DNA of 64,000 bases from positions 5,318 to 69,317 of the forward strand of contig CAZWHZ010000002.1 of assembly GCA_964633745.1 (NCBI GenBank), written 5' to 3'. The position numbers and the translations under genes are program-made. Shown piece after piece: positions 1 to 8,857 of the stretch. Under the pieces are notes generated by a model. It was not told the DNA's origin. It made no database searches and was given only the letters and a program-made list of their open reading frames with translations. How positions within the stretch are numbered: position 1 is the first letter of the stretch; every line of letters starts with the position of its first letter. Source of the DNA: an uncultured Acidimicrobiia bacterium. GTDB lineage: Bacteria; Actinomycetota; Acidimicrobiia; Spongiisociales; UBA4744.

Positions 1-674
1 TCAAGCAGACACGCTCAACGAGGGCCATGCAGGAGATTCAGCCGGAGGTCAAGCGACTCCAGAAGCAGTACAAGGAAGAACCGGAGACCCTGAACAAGGA
101 GATGATGGCGCTCTACAAGCAGAAGGGCGTCAATCCCGCCGGGTGCCTGCTCCCTATGTTGGTGCAGATGCCGGTGTGGTTCGGTCTGTTCAGGCTGCTC
201 AGGAGCCCCGATGCATTCATGCCGGCGGGTTCGAACATCCTCGCCGCGCTGCAGGCGGGACTGCCCAAGTTCCTGGGAATGGACCTTGGCGTTACACCAA
301 AGGATGCGCTCAGTGCGGGGTGGGTGGGCGCTATCCCCTATTTCATCGTGGTATTCCTGGTGGTGGCATCGGGATGGATTCAGTCCAAGCAGGTGACGCC
401 ACAGACGAGTGACAGCGGAGGGCAGCAGGCGCAGCTCATGACGCGGATCATGCCGCTGCTGTTTGGCGTCTTCTCGTTCAGCTTCCCGGCGGGACTGAAC
501 CTGTACTTCGTGACCTCGAACATGTTCAGGGTGGGACAGCAGGCCATGATCTTCAAGATGGATGGCCGACCGGAGCCCCCACCGGTGGAGAAGAAGGACG
601 GAGGGGAGCCTCCGTCGGCGCCGAAGAACTCCCAGGGCTCCGCGAAGAAGAGGAAGCGTCGGAGGAGGAAGTAG
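1..674 (+). CDS. yidC: Membrane protein insertase YidC, C-terminal part (5' end upstream of window)
   Basis: Frame of ORF 27..674 stays open back to base 3. It carries a YidC/Oxa1-type segment (EMMALYKQKGVNPAGCLLPMLVQMPVWFGLF) and a basic KKRKRRRRK tail. It is followed by jag-rsmG-parA-parB. Confidence 0.9.
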   Translation, partial: KQTRSTRAMQEIQPEVKRLQKQYKEEPETLNKEMMALYKQKGVNPAGCLLPMLVQMPVWFGLFRLLRSPDAFMPAGSNILAALQAGLPKFLGMDLGVTPKDALSAGWVGAIPYFIVVFLVVASGWIQSKQVTPQTSDSGGQQAQLMTRIMPLLFGVFSFSFPAGLNLYFVTSNMFRVGQQAMIFKMDGRPEPPPVEKKDGGEPPSAPKNSQGSAKKRKRRRRK

Positions 675-676
675 CC

Positions 677-1471
677 GTGGAGTGGGTCGAGGTCAAGGGA
701 CCTACAGTCGAGCTCGCCGTTCAGGCAGCAGTTGAAGCGTTGGGGCTTGGCTCCCCCGACGAAGTTCGCGTAGAAGTGCTCCAAGAACCCGAGAAGGGCT
801 TCCTCGGCCTGGGGCGGAAGGACGCAGTCGTCAGGGTGCAGCCGAAACCCAAGAAGCGAAGACGCCCGAGAAAGAAGAAGCCAGAATCTGCCAATTCGGG
901 CCGGCGCCAGAAGCAACCGCAGCAAAATAGGCCCAAGCAGGAGTCGAGGCGGGAACAACGCGGCGACACGAAACGAGAAGAGAAGCCCAAGGCATCACGC
1001 GAGGAGGACAGCGCCGTGCGAGAAGAGCAAGCCGAGACCGTAGGAGCCTTCTTGCGCGGACTTCTGGAGGCCTTCGGACTCGAGGGAACCGTTGAAACCC
1101 GTGTTGAAGAGGACATCATCTATGCAGACGTGGTCGGCGGGCAGACCGAAGCCCTGATCGGAAAGCACGGAGCAGTCCTCGAGGCCATTCATGAGCTGTG
1201 CAAGACCGTGATCCAACGAAGGACCCGCGAATCAGCCCGCCTCCGCCTGGATATTGGAGGCTATCGGGAGCGCCGCCGCGAAGCGCTCAGGATCTATGCG
1301 AATCGTCTGGCCCAACAGGTCCTGGAGGAGCAGACGGAGATCATGCTCGAGCCGATGAATGCCGCGGACAGGAAGGTCATTCACGACGCGATTGCCGAGG
1401 TCGAAGATGTTCGGACGTACTCGGAAGGCGAGGAACCGCGCCGATCAGTGGTGATCTCACCCGAGGATTGA
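677..1471 (+). CDS. jag: Jag/KhpB-type RNA-binding protein (Jag_N, KH, R3H domains)
   Basis: GTG start 3 nt after the yidC stop. Has an N-terminal Jag_N-like segment, a Lys/Arg-rich linker and a C-terminal R3H-like segment (EPMNAADRKVIHDAIAEVEDVRTYSEGEEPRRSVVI). Conserved position after yidC. Confidence 0.85.
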   Translation: MEWVEVKGPTVELAVQAAVEALGLGSPDEVRVEVLQEPEKGFLGLGRKDAVVRVQPKPKKRRRPRKKKPESANSGRRQKQPQQNRPKQESRREQRGDTKREEKPKASREEDSAVREEQAETVGAFLRGLLEAFGLEGTVETRVEEDIIYADVVGGQTEALIGKHGAVLEAIHELCKTVIQRRTRESARLRLDIGGYRERRREALRIYANRLAQQVLEEQTEIMLEPMNAADRKVIHDAIAEVEDVRTYSEGEEPRRSVVISPED

Positions 1472-1487
1472 AGTTTCACGTGAAACC
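1472..1487. promoter_or_regulatory. parS centromere-like site
   Basis: aGTTTCACGTGAAACc: a perfect 14-bp palindrome matching the core of the canonical tGTTTCACGTGAAACa. Lies in the jag-rsmG junction upstream of parAB. Confidence 0.85.
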
Positions 1488-2118
1488 TGAGGTGCGGGGT
1501 TGGGTGTCCGCCCTCGGTGATGCCGGCGGCACGGGGGCGCAGGTCGGGCAGGTACTTGGGGGCCCTCGGGGAATGCTTCTTGCCACGTTTGCAGAGTGGC
1601 TCGTGGAAGAGGGCATTCCGGCGGGACTCCTCTCCCCCAGCGAGGGATACAGGATCAACAACAGGCACATCGAAGACAGCCTGAGCTTCCTCGTCGGCTG
1701 GCCGGCAGCTCCCCCCGAGACGCTGCTCGACGTCGGATCGGGAGGCGGGCTGCCCGGGATTCCCCTAGCGATCGTACTTGCACACACACAGGTGACGTTG
1801 CTCGAGCGATCGAAGAAACGGAGTGGCTTGCTGAGGAGGGCCGTCCGGGTGCTGAACCTCGGGAACGTCGAGGTGGTTGAAGGGGATCTAGAGGAGCTGA
1901 ACCAGCGTGAAGCAATCGTGATGCGGGGTGTGCTACCTCCTTCGCTTGGAGTACCTTGGATGAGGCAGACACTGATGCCGGGAGGGACGGGCGTGATCGC
2001 TCTCTCACGCCGCAAGGCCCCGGATCCAGCGTGGTCGGAACTCGAAGGGACCGTCGCGGAAGTGTCGGTCCTTGACCCGCCGGGCTGGCTGCTTATCATA
2101 CGAGAACGTGGACACTGA
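1480..2118 (+). CDS. rsmG: 16S rRNA (guanine527-N7)-methyltransferase RsmG/GidB
   Basis: SAM-methyltransferase motif LLDVGSGGGLPGIPLAI and conserved position. The listed ORF 1198..2118 overlaps jag, so I prefer GTG 1480, with ATG 1573 as an alternative. Confidence 0.8.
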   Translation: MKPEVRGWVSALGDAGGTGAQVGQVLGGPRGMLLATFAEWLVEEGIPAGLLSPSEGYRINNRHIEDSLSFLVGWPAAPPETLLDVGSGGGLPGIPLAIVLAHTQVTLLERSKKRSGLLRRAVRVLNLGNVEVVEGDLEELNQREAIVMRGVLPPSLGVPWMRQTLMPGGTGVIALSRRKAPDPAWSELEGTVAEVSVLDPPGWLLIIRERGH

Positions 2119-2902
2119 TCGACACACCGTCATCGTCGCGGTGACCAATCAGAAAGGCGGGGTCGGCAAGTCGACCACCGCGATCAACTTGGCAGCGACG
2201 CTCTCCTACCAGGGGAAACGTACCCTCGTGGTGGACCTTGATCCACAGGGGAATGCAACTTCGGGGTTCGGTATCGACCGCGGCGGGGTGTCGGCCTCGA
2301 TCTACGACGTCCTTCTTGGCGATACCCCCATCGAGGACGCCGTGGAAGCAACGAGCTTCCGGGACCTGTTCCTTGTTCCGGCGACGATCGACCTCGCGGG
2401 TGCGGAGATCGAACTCGTGTCGATGTTCTCCCGCGAGATGCGCCTCAGAAAGGCGTTGAGGGAACTCAGCGGAGAGTACGACGTGGTCCTCATCGATTGT
2501 CCCCCTTCGCTTGGGCTGCTTACGGTGAACGCGCTGGCGGCGGCGGACGAAGTACTCATTCCCATTCAGTGCGAGTACTACGCGTTGGAGGGCTTGAGCC
2601 AACTGATGCAGAACATCGAGCTCGTCAGTGGCAGTCTGAACCCAAGCCTTCGGATTGGCGGCGTTGTCCTCACGATGTTCGACGGCAGAACGAATCTGGC
2701 ATCCGATGTGGTGTCGCAGGTACGCGAGTTCTTTGGCGAGGTTGCCTATCGTACGGTGATTCCTCGATCGGTTCGGCTGTCGGAGGCTCCATCGTTCGGT
2801 CAACCGATCGAAGCCTTCGACCCGATGAGCCGGGGAGCAATCGCATACCGGCAACTCGGGCGGGAGTTCATTCAGCGGCATGGAGGTGCGAATGTCAACT
2901 AG
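2072..2902 (+). CDS. parA: Chromosome partitioning ATPase ParA/Soj
   Basis: Deviant Walker A motif NQKGGVGKSTTAINLA, with ParA-type motifs through the C-terminus. The start is uncertain and overlaps the rsmG end. Confidence 0.9.
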   Translation: MTRRAGCLSYENVDTDRHTVIVAVTNQKGGVGKSTTAINLAATLSYQGKRTLVVDLDPQGNATSGFGIDRGGVSASIYDVLLGDTPIEDAVEATSFRDLFLVPATIDLAGAEIELVSMFSREMRLRKALRELSGEYDVVLIDCPPSLGLLTVNALAAADEVLIPIQCEYYALEGLSQLMQNIELVSGSLNPSLRIGGVVLTMFDGRTNLASDVVSQVREFFGEVAYRTVIPRSVRLSEAPSFGQPIEAFDPMSRGAIAYRQLGREFIQRHGGANVN

Positions 2903-3734
2903 GAAGTCGGGTCTCGGCCGGGGTCTTGATGCGCTGATTCCCAAGTCGGATCGGACATTCCAGGTCGTCGCAACCGACCACATTCATCCGAATCCCCGGC
3001 AACCGAGAGAGCGATTCGACGAGGATGCCCTCGAGTCGCTGGCCGCGTCGATACGAGAGGTGGGGCTTCTCCAGCCGGTCATTGTGAATGAAGCCGAGGG
3101 CGGGGACTACGTGCTGGTGGCAGGGGAGCGTCGCTTGCGGGCCGCCCGAATGGTGGGGCTCTCCGAGATACCCGTGATCGTCAGAGAGGGACAGGACGAC
3201 CGTCTTCTCACGGAGGCACTCATCGAGAACCTCCAGCGTGAGGACCTGGGCGTCCTCGAGGAGGCCGCTGCATATCAACAGCTACTGGACGACTTCAACC
3301 TCACACATGAGGAGATCGGAGCTCGCGTCGGCAAGTCCAGATCCGCCGTAACGAACGTGCTGCGGCTCCTGCAGCTTCCGGCGTCTATCCAGGGCCTCGT
3401 CGAGAGAGGCACGCTCCGGGAAGGCCACGCGCGAGCACTGCTCGGTCTTGAAGACAGAGCGTACGCAGAACACCTGGCCAAGCGAGCCGCCGAAGAGGGT
3501 TGGTCGGTTCGACAGGTGGAGAAGGCAGTGCGTGCTCGGGTCGGTGTTCCACCGTCGACCATTCGTTCGAGATCGGGAGCGAGGCCGGCGGCGATCATCG
3601 CTCTGGAGGAACGGCTGCAGGACTCGCTGGGGACACAAGTTCACATAAGGTACGGACCCAAGCACTCTGGAAAGATTTCGATCGCGTTTGCATCGCTCGA
3701 CGATCTGGAACGCATCTTCAATGAGCTGATGTAG
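2892..3734 (+). CDS. parB: Chromosome partitioning protein ParB/Spo0J
   Basis: ParB N-terminal box GLGRGLDALI and the GERRLRAA arginine patch. An HTH region follows. ATG 2880 is an alternative start. Confidence 0.9.
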   Translation: MSTRKSGLGRGLDALIPKSDRTFQVVATDHIHPNPRQPRERFDEDALESLAASIREVGLLQPVIVNEAEGGDYVLVAGERRLRAARMVGLSEIPVIVREGQDDRLLTEALIENLQREDLGVLEEAAAYQQLLDDFNLTHEEIGARVGKSRSAVTNVLRLLQLPASIQGLVERGTLREGHARALLGLEDRAYAEHLAKRAAEEGWSVRQVEKAVRARVGVPPSTIRSRSGARPAAIIALEERLQDSLGTQVHIRYGPKHSGKISIAFASLDDLERIFNELM

Positions 3735-3756
3735 GGCCGCCCGGGGCCACACCTAC

Positions 3757-3774
3757 TATCGTCACGTGACGTTA
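3757..3774. promoter_or_regulatory. CACGTG-centred palindrome downstream of parB
   Basis: taTCGTCACGTGACGTta: 12-bp perfect palindrome (3760-3771), 18 bp with one mismatched pair. Lies 23 nt after the parB stop. Confidence 0.4.
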
Positions 3775-3790
3775 TCGGGAACGTCGCACC

Positions 3791-3822
3791 CGAGTTCTGA
3801 GGTATCAGTCATCGGTGGAAGG
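3791..3822 (+). repeat. Type-1 heptad array (TCRGTYY) 3' of parB
   Basis: CGAGTTC TGAGGTA TCAGTCA TCGGTGG AAGG. The TCAGTCATCGGTGG end resembles the arrays at 12453 and 48649 (minus strand). Confidence 0.6.
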
Positions 3823-3886
3823 CTCGGCCCCGGGGTGGGGGAGGAGGGAACGGCAACGGAGTCCCGAAGCGGGGTTCGTGGCTGTG

Positions 3887-3935
3887 AATACCGATACGAG
3901 GTACCAGGTACCAGGTATTGAGGTGCAGGTCCAGG
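3887..3935 (-). repeat. Type-2 heptad array (CTNGTAY) 3' of trxA
   Basis: Minus strand reads CCTGGAC CTGCACC TCAATAC CTGGTAC CTGGTAC CTCGTAT CGGTATT. Starts 7 nt after the trxA stop. Confidence 0.7.
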
Positions 3936-3942
3936 CAACCCC

Positions 3943-4260
3943 TTACAGGAACTGGGCCAGCTCGGCTTCCATCGCGTGCTTGGGGCGGGCACCGACGATC
4001 CTTCGCTGCTCCCTACCTTCGTGGAACAGGATCATCGTCGGAATGCTCATGACGTCGTGTTCCGCAGCGAGGGTGGGCTGCTCGTCGACGTTGAGTTTCC
4101 CGATACGGATCTTGTCGGGATGCTCGCCGGCGATCTCGTCGAGGACGGGAGCGACCATCCGGCAAGGGCCGCACCACTCAGCCCAGAAGTCCACGAGAAT
4201 GGGGAGGTCACCGTTGGTGACGTCTGCAAAGTTGTCGGTGGTGACGGTGATGTTGTCCAA
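3943..4260 (-). CDS. trxA: Thioredoxin
   Basis: 105 aa with the WCGPC active site (FWAEWCGPCRMVAP). Confidence 0.95.
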   Translation of the reverse strand: MDNITVTTDNFADVTNGDLPILVDFWAEWCGPCRMVAPVLDEIAGEHPDKIRIGKLNVDEQPTLAAEHDVMSIPTMILFHEGREQRRIVGARPKHAMEAELAQFL

Positions 4261-4271
4261 CTGGGGACCTC

Positions 4272-5192
4272 CTACTCGTTTGCTTCCAGCCAGCGACGGG
4301 CGTCGATTGCCGCGCGTGCACCTGTCCCGGCGGCCGTGATTGCCTGACGGTACACGGGGTCGGCGACGTCCCCGGCGGCGAACACGCCGTCAAGTGACGT
4401 AGCGGTCGAGCTAGATTCCAGTATAAGGTAACCGACATCGTTCATCTCGAGCGCTCCAGCGAAGAGTTCGGTGTTGGGCTTGTGCCCGATTGCGACAAAC
4501 ACACCACTGATCGGCATCTCCGACACCTCGTTGGTCTTGACGTTGCGCATACGAACGGCCGTGACCTCTTCGTCGCCGAGCACCTCCTCGAGGACGGTGT
4601 CCCATATGACATTGATCTTCGGATGCTCGACAGCCCGCTTGGCCATGATTGCCGAGGCTCGAAACGCATCCCTGCGATGAACGAGATGGACCTTCGACGC
4701 GAACGTGGTGAGAAACAGCGCCTCTTCCATTGCCGTATCGCCCCCACCGACGACGATGAGCTCCTGATTACGGAAGAAGAACCCGTCGCACGTAGCACAC
4801 GATGAGACCCCTCGACCCAGCAGACGCTCTTCCCCGGGGATGCCGAGCCACATCGCGGAGGCACCGGTGGAGATGATGATCGACTTGGCAGTGTACGAGT
4901 CGGCTCCCGTCCACACCGTGTATGGGTACGACGTCAGATCGACCTGGGAGACATCGACGGTGAAGAGGCGTGCTCCGAAGCGCTCGGCCTGTTTGCGCAT
5001 CCGCTCCATGAGTTCGGGACCGAGAAGCCCATCCGGAAACCCAGGGAAGTTCTCGACTTCCGTGGTGAGCATCAGTTGACCACCGGCCTGGCTTCCTTCC
5101 AGGACCAGAGGGTTGTTGCCACCACGGGCGGCGTAGAGCGCCGCGGTCAGGCCGGCAGGGCCTGACCCGATGATGATGATGTCTTCAGTCAT
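4272..5192 (-). CDS. trxB: Thioredoxin-disulfide reductase
   Basis: FAD motif GSGPAGLTAALYAAR and redox-active CATCDG. Lies 11 nt upstream of trxA. Confidence 0.95.
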   Translation of the reverse strand: MTEDIIIIGSGPAGLTAALYAARGGNNPLVLEGSQAGGQLMLTTEVENFPGFPDGLLGPELMERMRKQAERFGARLFTVDVSQVDLTSYPYTVWTGADSYTAKSIIISTGASAMWLGIPGEERLLGRGVSSCATCDGFFFRNQELIVVGGGDTAMEEALFLTTFASKVHLVHRRDAFRASAIMAKRAVEHPKINVIWDTVLEEVLGDEEVTAVRMRNVKTNEVSEMPISGVFVAIGHKPNTELFAGALEMNDVGYLILESSSTATSLDGVFAAGDVADPVYRQAITAAGTGARAAIDARRWLEANE

Positions 5193-5469
5193 TGCCGTCC
5201 TTGGGCTTCCGCTTCAACCAGACCAACACCCCGGCGAGGATGAATAATCCCCCGAATGCCGCGTAGGCGCCTTCCACGGTCAGTGGAACCGCAACAGCCC
5301 TGAACACCGAGACAATCAAGAACACGAGGGCGATCATCGCAAGCGCACCCGCGACCGTCCACGCAAGCGCGAGACGGATCCCACGAGCGAAGCGGTCGAC
5401 GGTGAGCGAGCGGACTTTCGTCGCGATGCCTTCGAGGAAATCAGCGAATCGTGTGGCCAAGTCATCCAT
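5185..5469 (-). CDS. Small two-TM membrane protein (possibly Holin-X-like family), function unknown
   Basis: 94 aa with two hydrophobic helices. Its stop overlaps the trxB start by 8 nt (ATGACTGA), which implies co-translation with trxB. Confidence 0.6.
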   Translation of the reverse strand: MDDLATRFADFLEGIATKVRSLTVDRFARGIRLALAWTVAGALAMIALVFLIVSVFRAVAVPLTVEGAYAAFGGLFILAGVLVWLKRKPKDGND

Positions 5470-5496
5470 TGAGGTTCCGAGGATAGCGAAGCTGGC

Positions 5497-6195
5497 TCAG
5501 GGAGTGTCCGCGGGGATCTCCACCAGGAGGTCGCACGTGTCGCGATCGAAGACGAGTGCGGTTTCCGGGTAGACGTACATGACCGCTGTGATGCCGTTGT
5601 AGTCGACCTCGCTTGTTGTGATCGAGTCTTCGTTCAGGCGATCGCGAGCCTCGACGGCGCACCGGGTGGTGGTTGCCTCGCCTGGAACGGAGGACCTGAG
5701 ATCTTCGGCCTGAGCTGCGAGAAGTCGTTTGTCTTGGTTCAGGGTCTGATCGGGGAGTGTGGTGGTTGCCGGAGCAGCAGTGCTCTCGAACGCTTCCGGT
5801 GCCCGACTTCCTGCGTCGTCCGCCGAGTCGGCGGCGCCTTGGAGACTCTCGGTGTTCTGTCCCAGCCGGAGTGTCGCGGTGCCGGCGCCTCTCGGGAGAA
5901 TCGCGCTCGCCACGACGACGACGAGGGCGGCTGCCGCGGCGAAGGCCGGTGCCAGCCGCATCCACCGGGACCGGGACGGAGCTTGACGGATCGCCCGATG
6001 CAGTCTGGCACGCTCGATCGAAGTCATTGCGACGGGCGGAGCCTGCTTGAGGAGCGAGATCGCGGTGTGCTGTTCTTCCAGGCGGCGGCTGCACTCCCCA
6101 CACGCGTCGATCTCTGCCTTTGCGGCCGCGAGTTCCTGCCCGGACAGGCGGTGCTCTGCCACAGCGGCGATGCGATCGATGTCGTGTTCATGCAT
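5497..6195 (-). CDS. Anti-sigma factor (single TM, CxxC zinc-finger-like N-terminus)
   Basis: MHEHDIDR...IDACGECSRRLEE, then a TM helix (LAPAFAAAAALVVVVASAIL) and an extracytoplasmic domain. ATG 6195 overlaps the sigma-factor stop (ATGCATGA). Confidence 0.75.
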   Translation of the reverse strand: MHEHDIDRIAAVAEHRLSGQELAAAKAEIDACGECSRRLEEQHTAISLLKQAPPVAMTSIERARLHRAIRQAPSRSRWMRLAPAFAAAAALVVVVASAILPRGAGTATLRLGQNTESLQGAADSADDAGSRAPEAFESTAAPATTTLPDQTLNQDKRLLAAQAEDLRSSVPGEATTTRCAVEARDRLNEDSITTSEVDYNGITAVMYVYPETALVFDRDTCDLLVEIPADTP

Positions 6196-6769
6196 GGTCT
6201 TCGTCCTTTTGATGCTCCGAGGAGCCTCGGAAGTTCCCGAGGTATTCGGCAAGGAGTCGCCTACCTCGATAGGTGCGCGATTTCACGGTCCCGAGGGGGA
6301 GGGTGAGGATCTCTGCAACTTCCTCGAGGGCAAGACCGTCGATGTCGACGAGCATGACGACGCCCCGGAACTCCTCCGGTATCGAGGCGAGCGCATGGAG
6401 GATGTCGGGGCGGAGTTCAACGGAGTCGAGTTGGTCGTCGACGGAGGAGTCGGGGAGATCCGATCCCTCCGGTATTGGAACGACCTGGTGTCGCTTGCGC
6501 TTCCGGAGATGGTCATGGCAGGTGTTGACCGCAACCCGATAGAGCCAAGTGGAGAACTTCGAGCGACCCGAGTACTGGCCACCCTTTCGGTAGACCGTCA
6601 AGAAGGTGTCCTGTGTGGCATCGAGCGCGTCTTCGCGGCTGCCCATCATCCGGAGGCAGAGCCCGAAGATATGGTCCTCGTGGCGTGCCATCAGCTCATC
6701 GAACGCGGCGCCATCTCCACCAAGGAAGTCTGAGAGGAGCTCTTCGTCACGGAGCAAAGCGCACCTCAC
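6188..6769 (-). CDS. ECF (group 4) RNA polymerase sigma factor, SigM-like by context
   Basis: Region 2 (FDELMARHEDHIFGLCLRMMGSREDALDATQDTFLTVY) and region 4 (IPEEFRGVVMLVDIDGLALEEVAEILTLPLGTVKSRTYRGR). The start is uncertain: GTG 6769 is chosen, and the listed ORF runs to 6886 inside the upstream gene. Confidence 0.85.
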   Translation of the reverse strand: MRCALLRDEELLSDFLGGDGAAFDELMARHEDHIFGLCLRMMGSREDALDATQDTFLTVYRKGGQYSGRSKFSTWLYRVAVNTCHDHLRKRKRHQVVPIPEGSDLPDSSVDDQLDSVELRPDILHALASIPEEFRGVVMLVDIDGLALEEVAEILTLPLGTVKSRTYRGRRLLAEYLGNFRGSSEHQKDEDHA

Positions 6770-8045
6770 CGATGGACGTGTAGTAGCTGTCGTCTTGCTG
6801 GGGAAGTTCCGTGAGCCACAAGAGCCAGTAGCCGCCATCGCGTGATGGGAGTTGCAGCGTGATACTCCCGCCGGAGACGGTGCCACCCGAGATTCTTGAC
6901 CATCCTTCGATGTCGGGCTCGAAGGACGCCGCCCACATCAAGCTGTATGTCGTGCCATCCGAGGTGGATCGGGCTTCGAACGCTCTTGGTGTGCCCGCGA
7001 CGGAAAACACCACACCGACACCCTTCTTGATGAGTGGGAGCCGCGCCGAGTAGTGCTCCGTTCCCCACATGGTGGTCGGGTCACCATCGGTGAGCTTCTG
7101 CAGGTCCTCGTCGTGCTCGACGCCGTCCCCATAGGGGTCGAAGACTCGAACCTCCAGCAGAGAGAAGTCGGACGAGGGCGGCGCCGTGGTCGTGGTCGTT
7201 GTGGTCGTTTCAATCGCCGGGACTGTCGTGGACGTCGGAGGCCGAGCCGGGAACAGCGCCGGTGACTCGGATCCCGCGGTGAACAACGCGCCGAGGCCGA
7301 TGATGCCACCGGCGAGCACGAGAAGGATGACTGCCGGCGTCAACCACCGCCAGGTCCAGCCGGGTTCATGCTCTGACTCCGTGACGCTCGGCGCGCCCTG
7401 AAGGGCCGAGGCGAGCCTGCGCGCGTCGAGCACCCCTGCTCGCGCGTCGAGCAAAGCCCGATCGACCGTCGGAGAGACGCCATCGACGATTTGCGAGGGC
7501 GGGGCTGACAGTGTCGTGCTCCCGGTGAGGCACGCGTCCAGCGTCTCTGCCAAAGCCGCGACATCCTCGGAGGAACCCGCAACGACAGGCAGGCGTCCGA
7601 AGCTTCCCAGCTTCGCCGGGTGTGCAGATGAGAAGTAGATGGCTGAGGGGTCGATCGCACCGTGGATCACCGATGACGCGTGGAGGGCCTCGAGCGCCCC
7701 GGCGAGTCCGGCGGCGTTCGTAATGAACTCGTTGGCTGTCATCGGTTCGCCGGCGTCGAGCCGGTCCCGCATGGTGACCCCGCCCGTCCATTCGGTTACC
7801 GAGTAGGCGCCGTCGGGTACCTCGGCAGCTGCATAGACGCTCGCCAGGTGGATGTGCGACACCGCAGCGACCGCACGCATTGCGTCGAGAAACTGACCAC
7901 GCCGCTCGGTGCCGGTCTCCGGTCCGAGTACCCGGATGAGTACAGGGCGATCGAGCGAGGTATCGGTGGCGAGCCACTGCTCGATGTCGCCGTCGCGACC
8001 GAGCCGCTGTTCGAGGCGGTAGCGGGTTGGAAGCGGCGGCGGCAA
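6747..8045 (-). CDS. Stand-alone MviN-type pseudokinase: TM helix plus extracellular beta-rich domain
   Basis: Kinase-like fold with the catalytic residues replaced: VLIRVL for VAIK, HGAIDPSAI for HRDxKxxN, LGSFG for DFG. Followed by one TM helix (WLTPAVILLVLAGGIIGLGALF), a Thr-rich linker and a C-terminal domain. Confidence 0.75.
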   Translation of the reverse strand: MPPPLPTRYRLEQRLGRDGDIEQWLATDTSLDRPVLIRVLGPETGTERRGQFLDAMRAVAAVSHIHLASVYAAAEVPDGAYSVTEWTGGVTMRDRLDAGEPMTANEFITNAAGLAGALEALHASSVIHGAIDPSAIYFSSAHPAKLGSFGRLPVVAGSSEDVAALAETLDACLTGSTTLSAPPSQIVDGVSPTVDRALLDARAGVLDARRLASALQGAPSVTESEHEPGWTWRWLTPAVILLVLAGGIIGLGALFTAGSESPALFPARPPTSTTVPAIETTTTTTTTAPPSSDFSLLEVRVFDPYGDGVEHDEDLQKLTDGDPTTMWGTEHYSARLPLIKKGVGVVFSVAGTPRAFEARSTSDGTTYSLMWAASFEPDIEGWSRISGGTVSGGSITLQLPSRDGGYWLLWLTELPQQDDSYYTSIGEVRFAP

Positions 8046-8083
8046 GGCGCGTCCTCTCGGCGGATCTCAGAACACTACAAGCG

Positions 8084-8857
8084 TCATGTACTGCCGCCGC
8101 GCAGTATGGCGAGCCGGTCGTCGAGGTGGGTGAACCCCTCGGTGAGATAGAGGTTGGAGGCAGCGTCATTGTTGCCGAGGGTGTTGAGCAGCATCTGGCG
8201 CGCTCCGTGTTGCCGGGCCCAGCGGAGGGATGCGCGCACCAGCGCCCGTCCGATACCTCGATGTTGAACGGAGGGTGCGACGGCGATCCGCTGGAGGTAC
8301 CCCGCACCTGCACCTGCACCGACGATCGAGAAGCCGAGCAGGTCGCTGTCGCGTGCGGTGAGCACAACCGCGGAGGGAGTGGCAGTGGCCGCCTCCTTGA
8401 GCCCTTGGGCATCGAGACGCCAGAACGGTGCGAACGCCTGGCGGTCGACCTCCTGCACCTCGTTCCAATCCACTTGGTGTTCCTCGACGATGGACATCTC
8501 AGGATCGGGAACCGCGGTTGCCAGATCTCTCCCATACACATCGAGCCACTCGAACATCTCGAATCCCGCGTCGCTCCACATCCGCATCGATGAAGTCGGG
8601 AGCGGCGGAGAGAGCACCGACGAGACTCCAAGTGTGTTCAGATGGGCAACGCTCAACTCCAAGAAGGCCGAGGAACCCCGGACAATCGTGAGGTGCGCGT
8701 CAGGGACGTCTGCGTTCCACGGTCGGGCCACTGCTTTCGAGAGCCCGTGCCGGAGAACGACGACGCCCGGCCAGTTGCCTGTGTGTCGCACGATGGTCCC
8801 CCTCGCCACCCTGCAATCGTACCTTGGGCCGTGTCCGGTATGCCAAAGTAGGGGCAT
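8084..8857 (-). CDS. GNAT family N-acetyltransferase
   Basis: Acetyl-CoA motif LQRIAVAPSVQHRGIGRALV in the C-terminal half. The start is uncertain; the listed ATG abuts the divergent deacetylase ATG. Confidence 0.75.
   Translation of the reverse strand: MPLLWHTGHGPRYDCRVARGTIVRHTGNWPGVVVLRHGLSKAVARPWNADVPDAHLTIVRGSSAFLELSVAHLNTLGVSSVLSPPLPTSSMRMWSDAGFEMFEWLDVYGRDLATAVPDPEMSIVEEHQVDWNEVQEVDRQAFAPFWRLDAQGLKEAATATPSAVVLTARDSDLLGFSIVGAGAGAGYLQRIAVAPSVQHRGIGRALVRASLRWARQHGARQMLLNTLGNNDAASNLYLTEGFTHLDDRLAILRGGST

Noticed and set aside
1198-1479. N-terminal extension of rsmG in the listed ORF 1198..2118
   Set aside because: It overlaps the 3' third of jag in another frame, and its sequence is Pro/Arg/Gly-rich. 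The RsmG homology begins after the GTG at 1480.
7366-8631. 421-aa minus-strand ORF spanning the pseudokinase/GNAT junction
   Set aside because: It is out of frame with both supported genes and has no recognisable domains.
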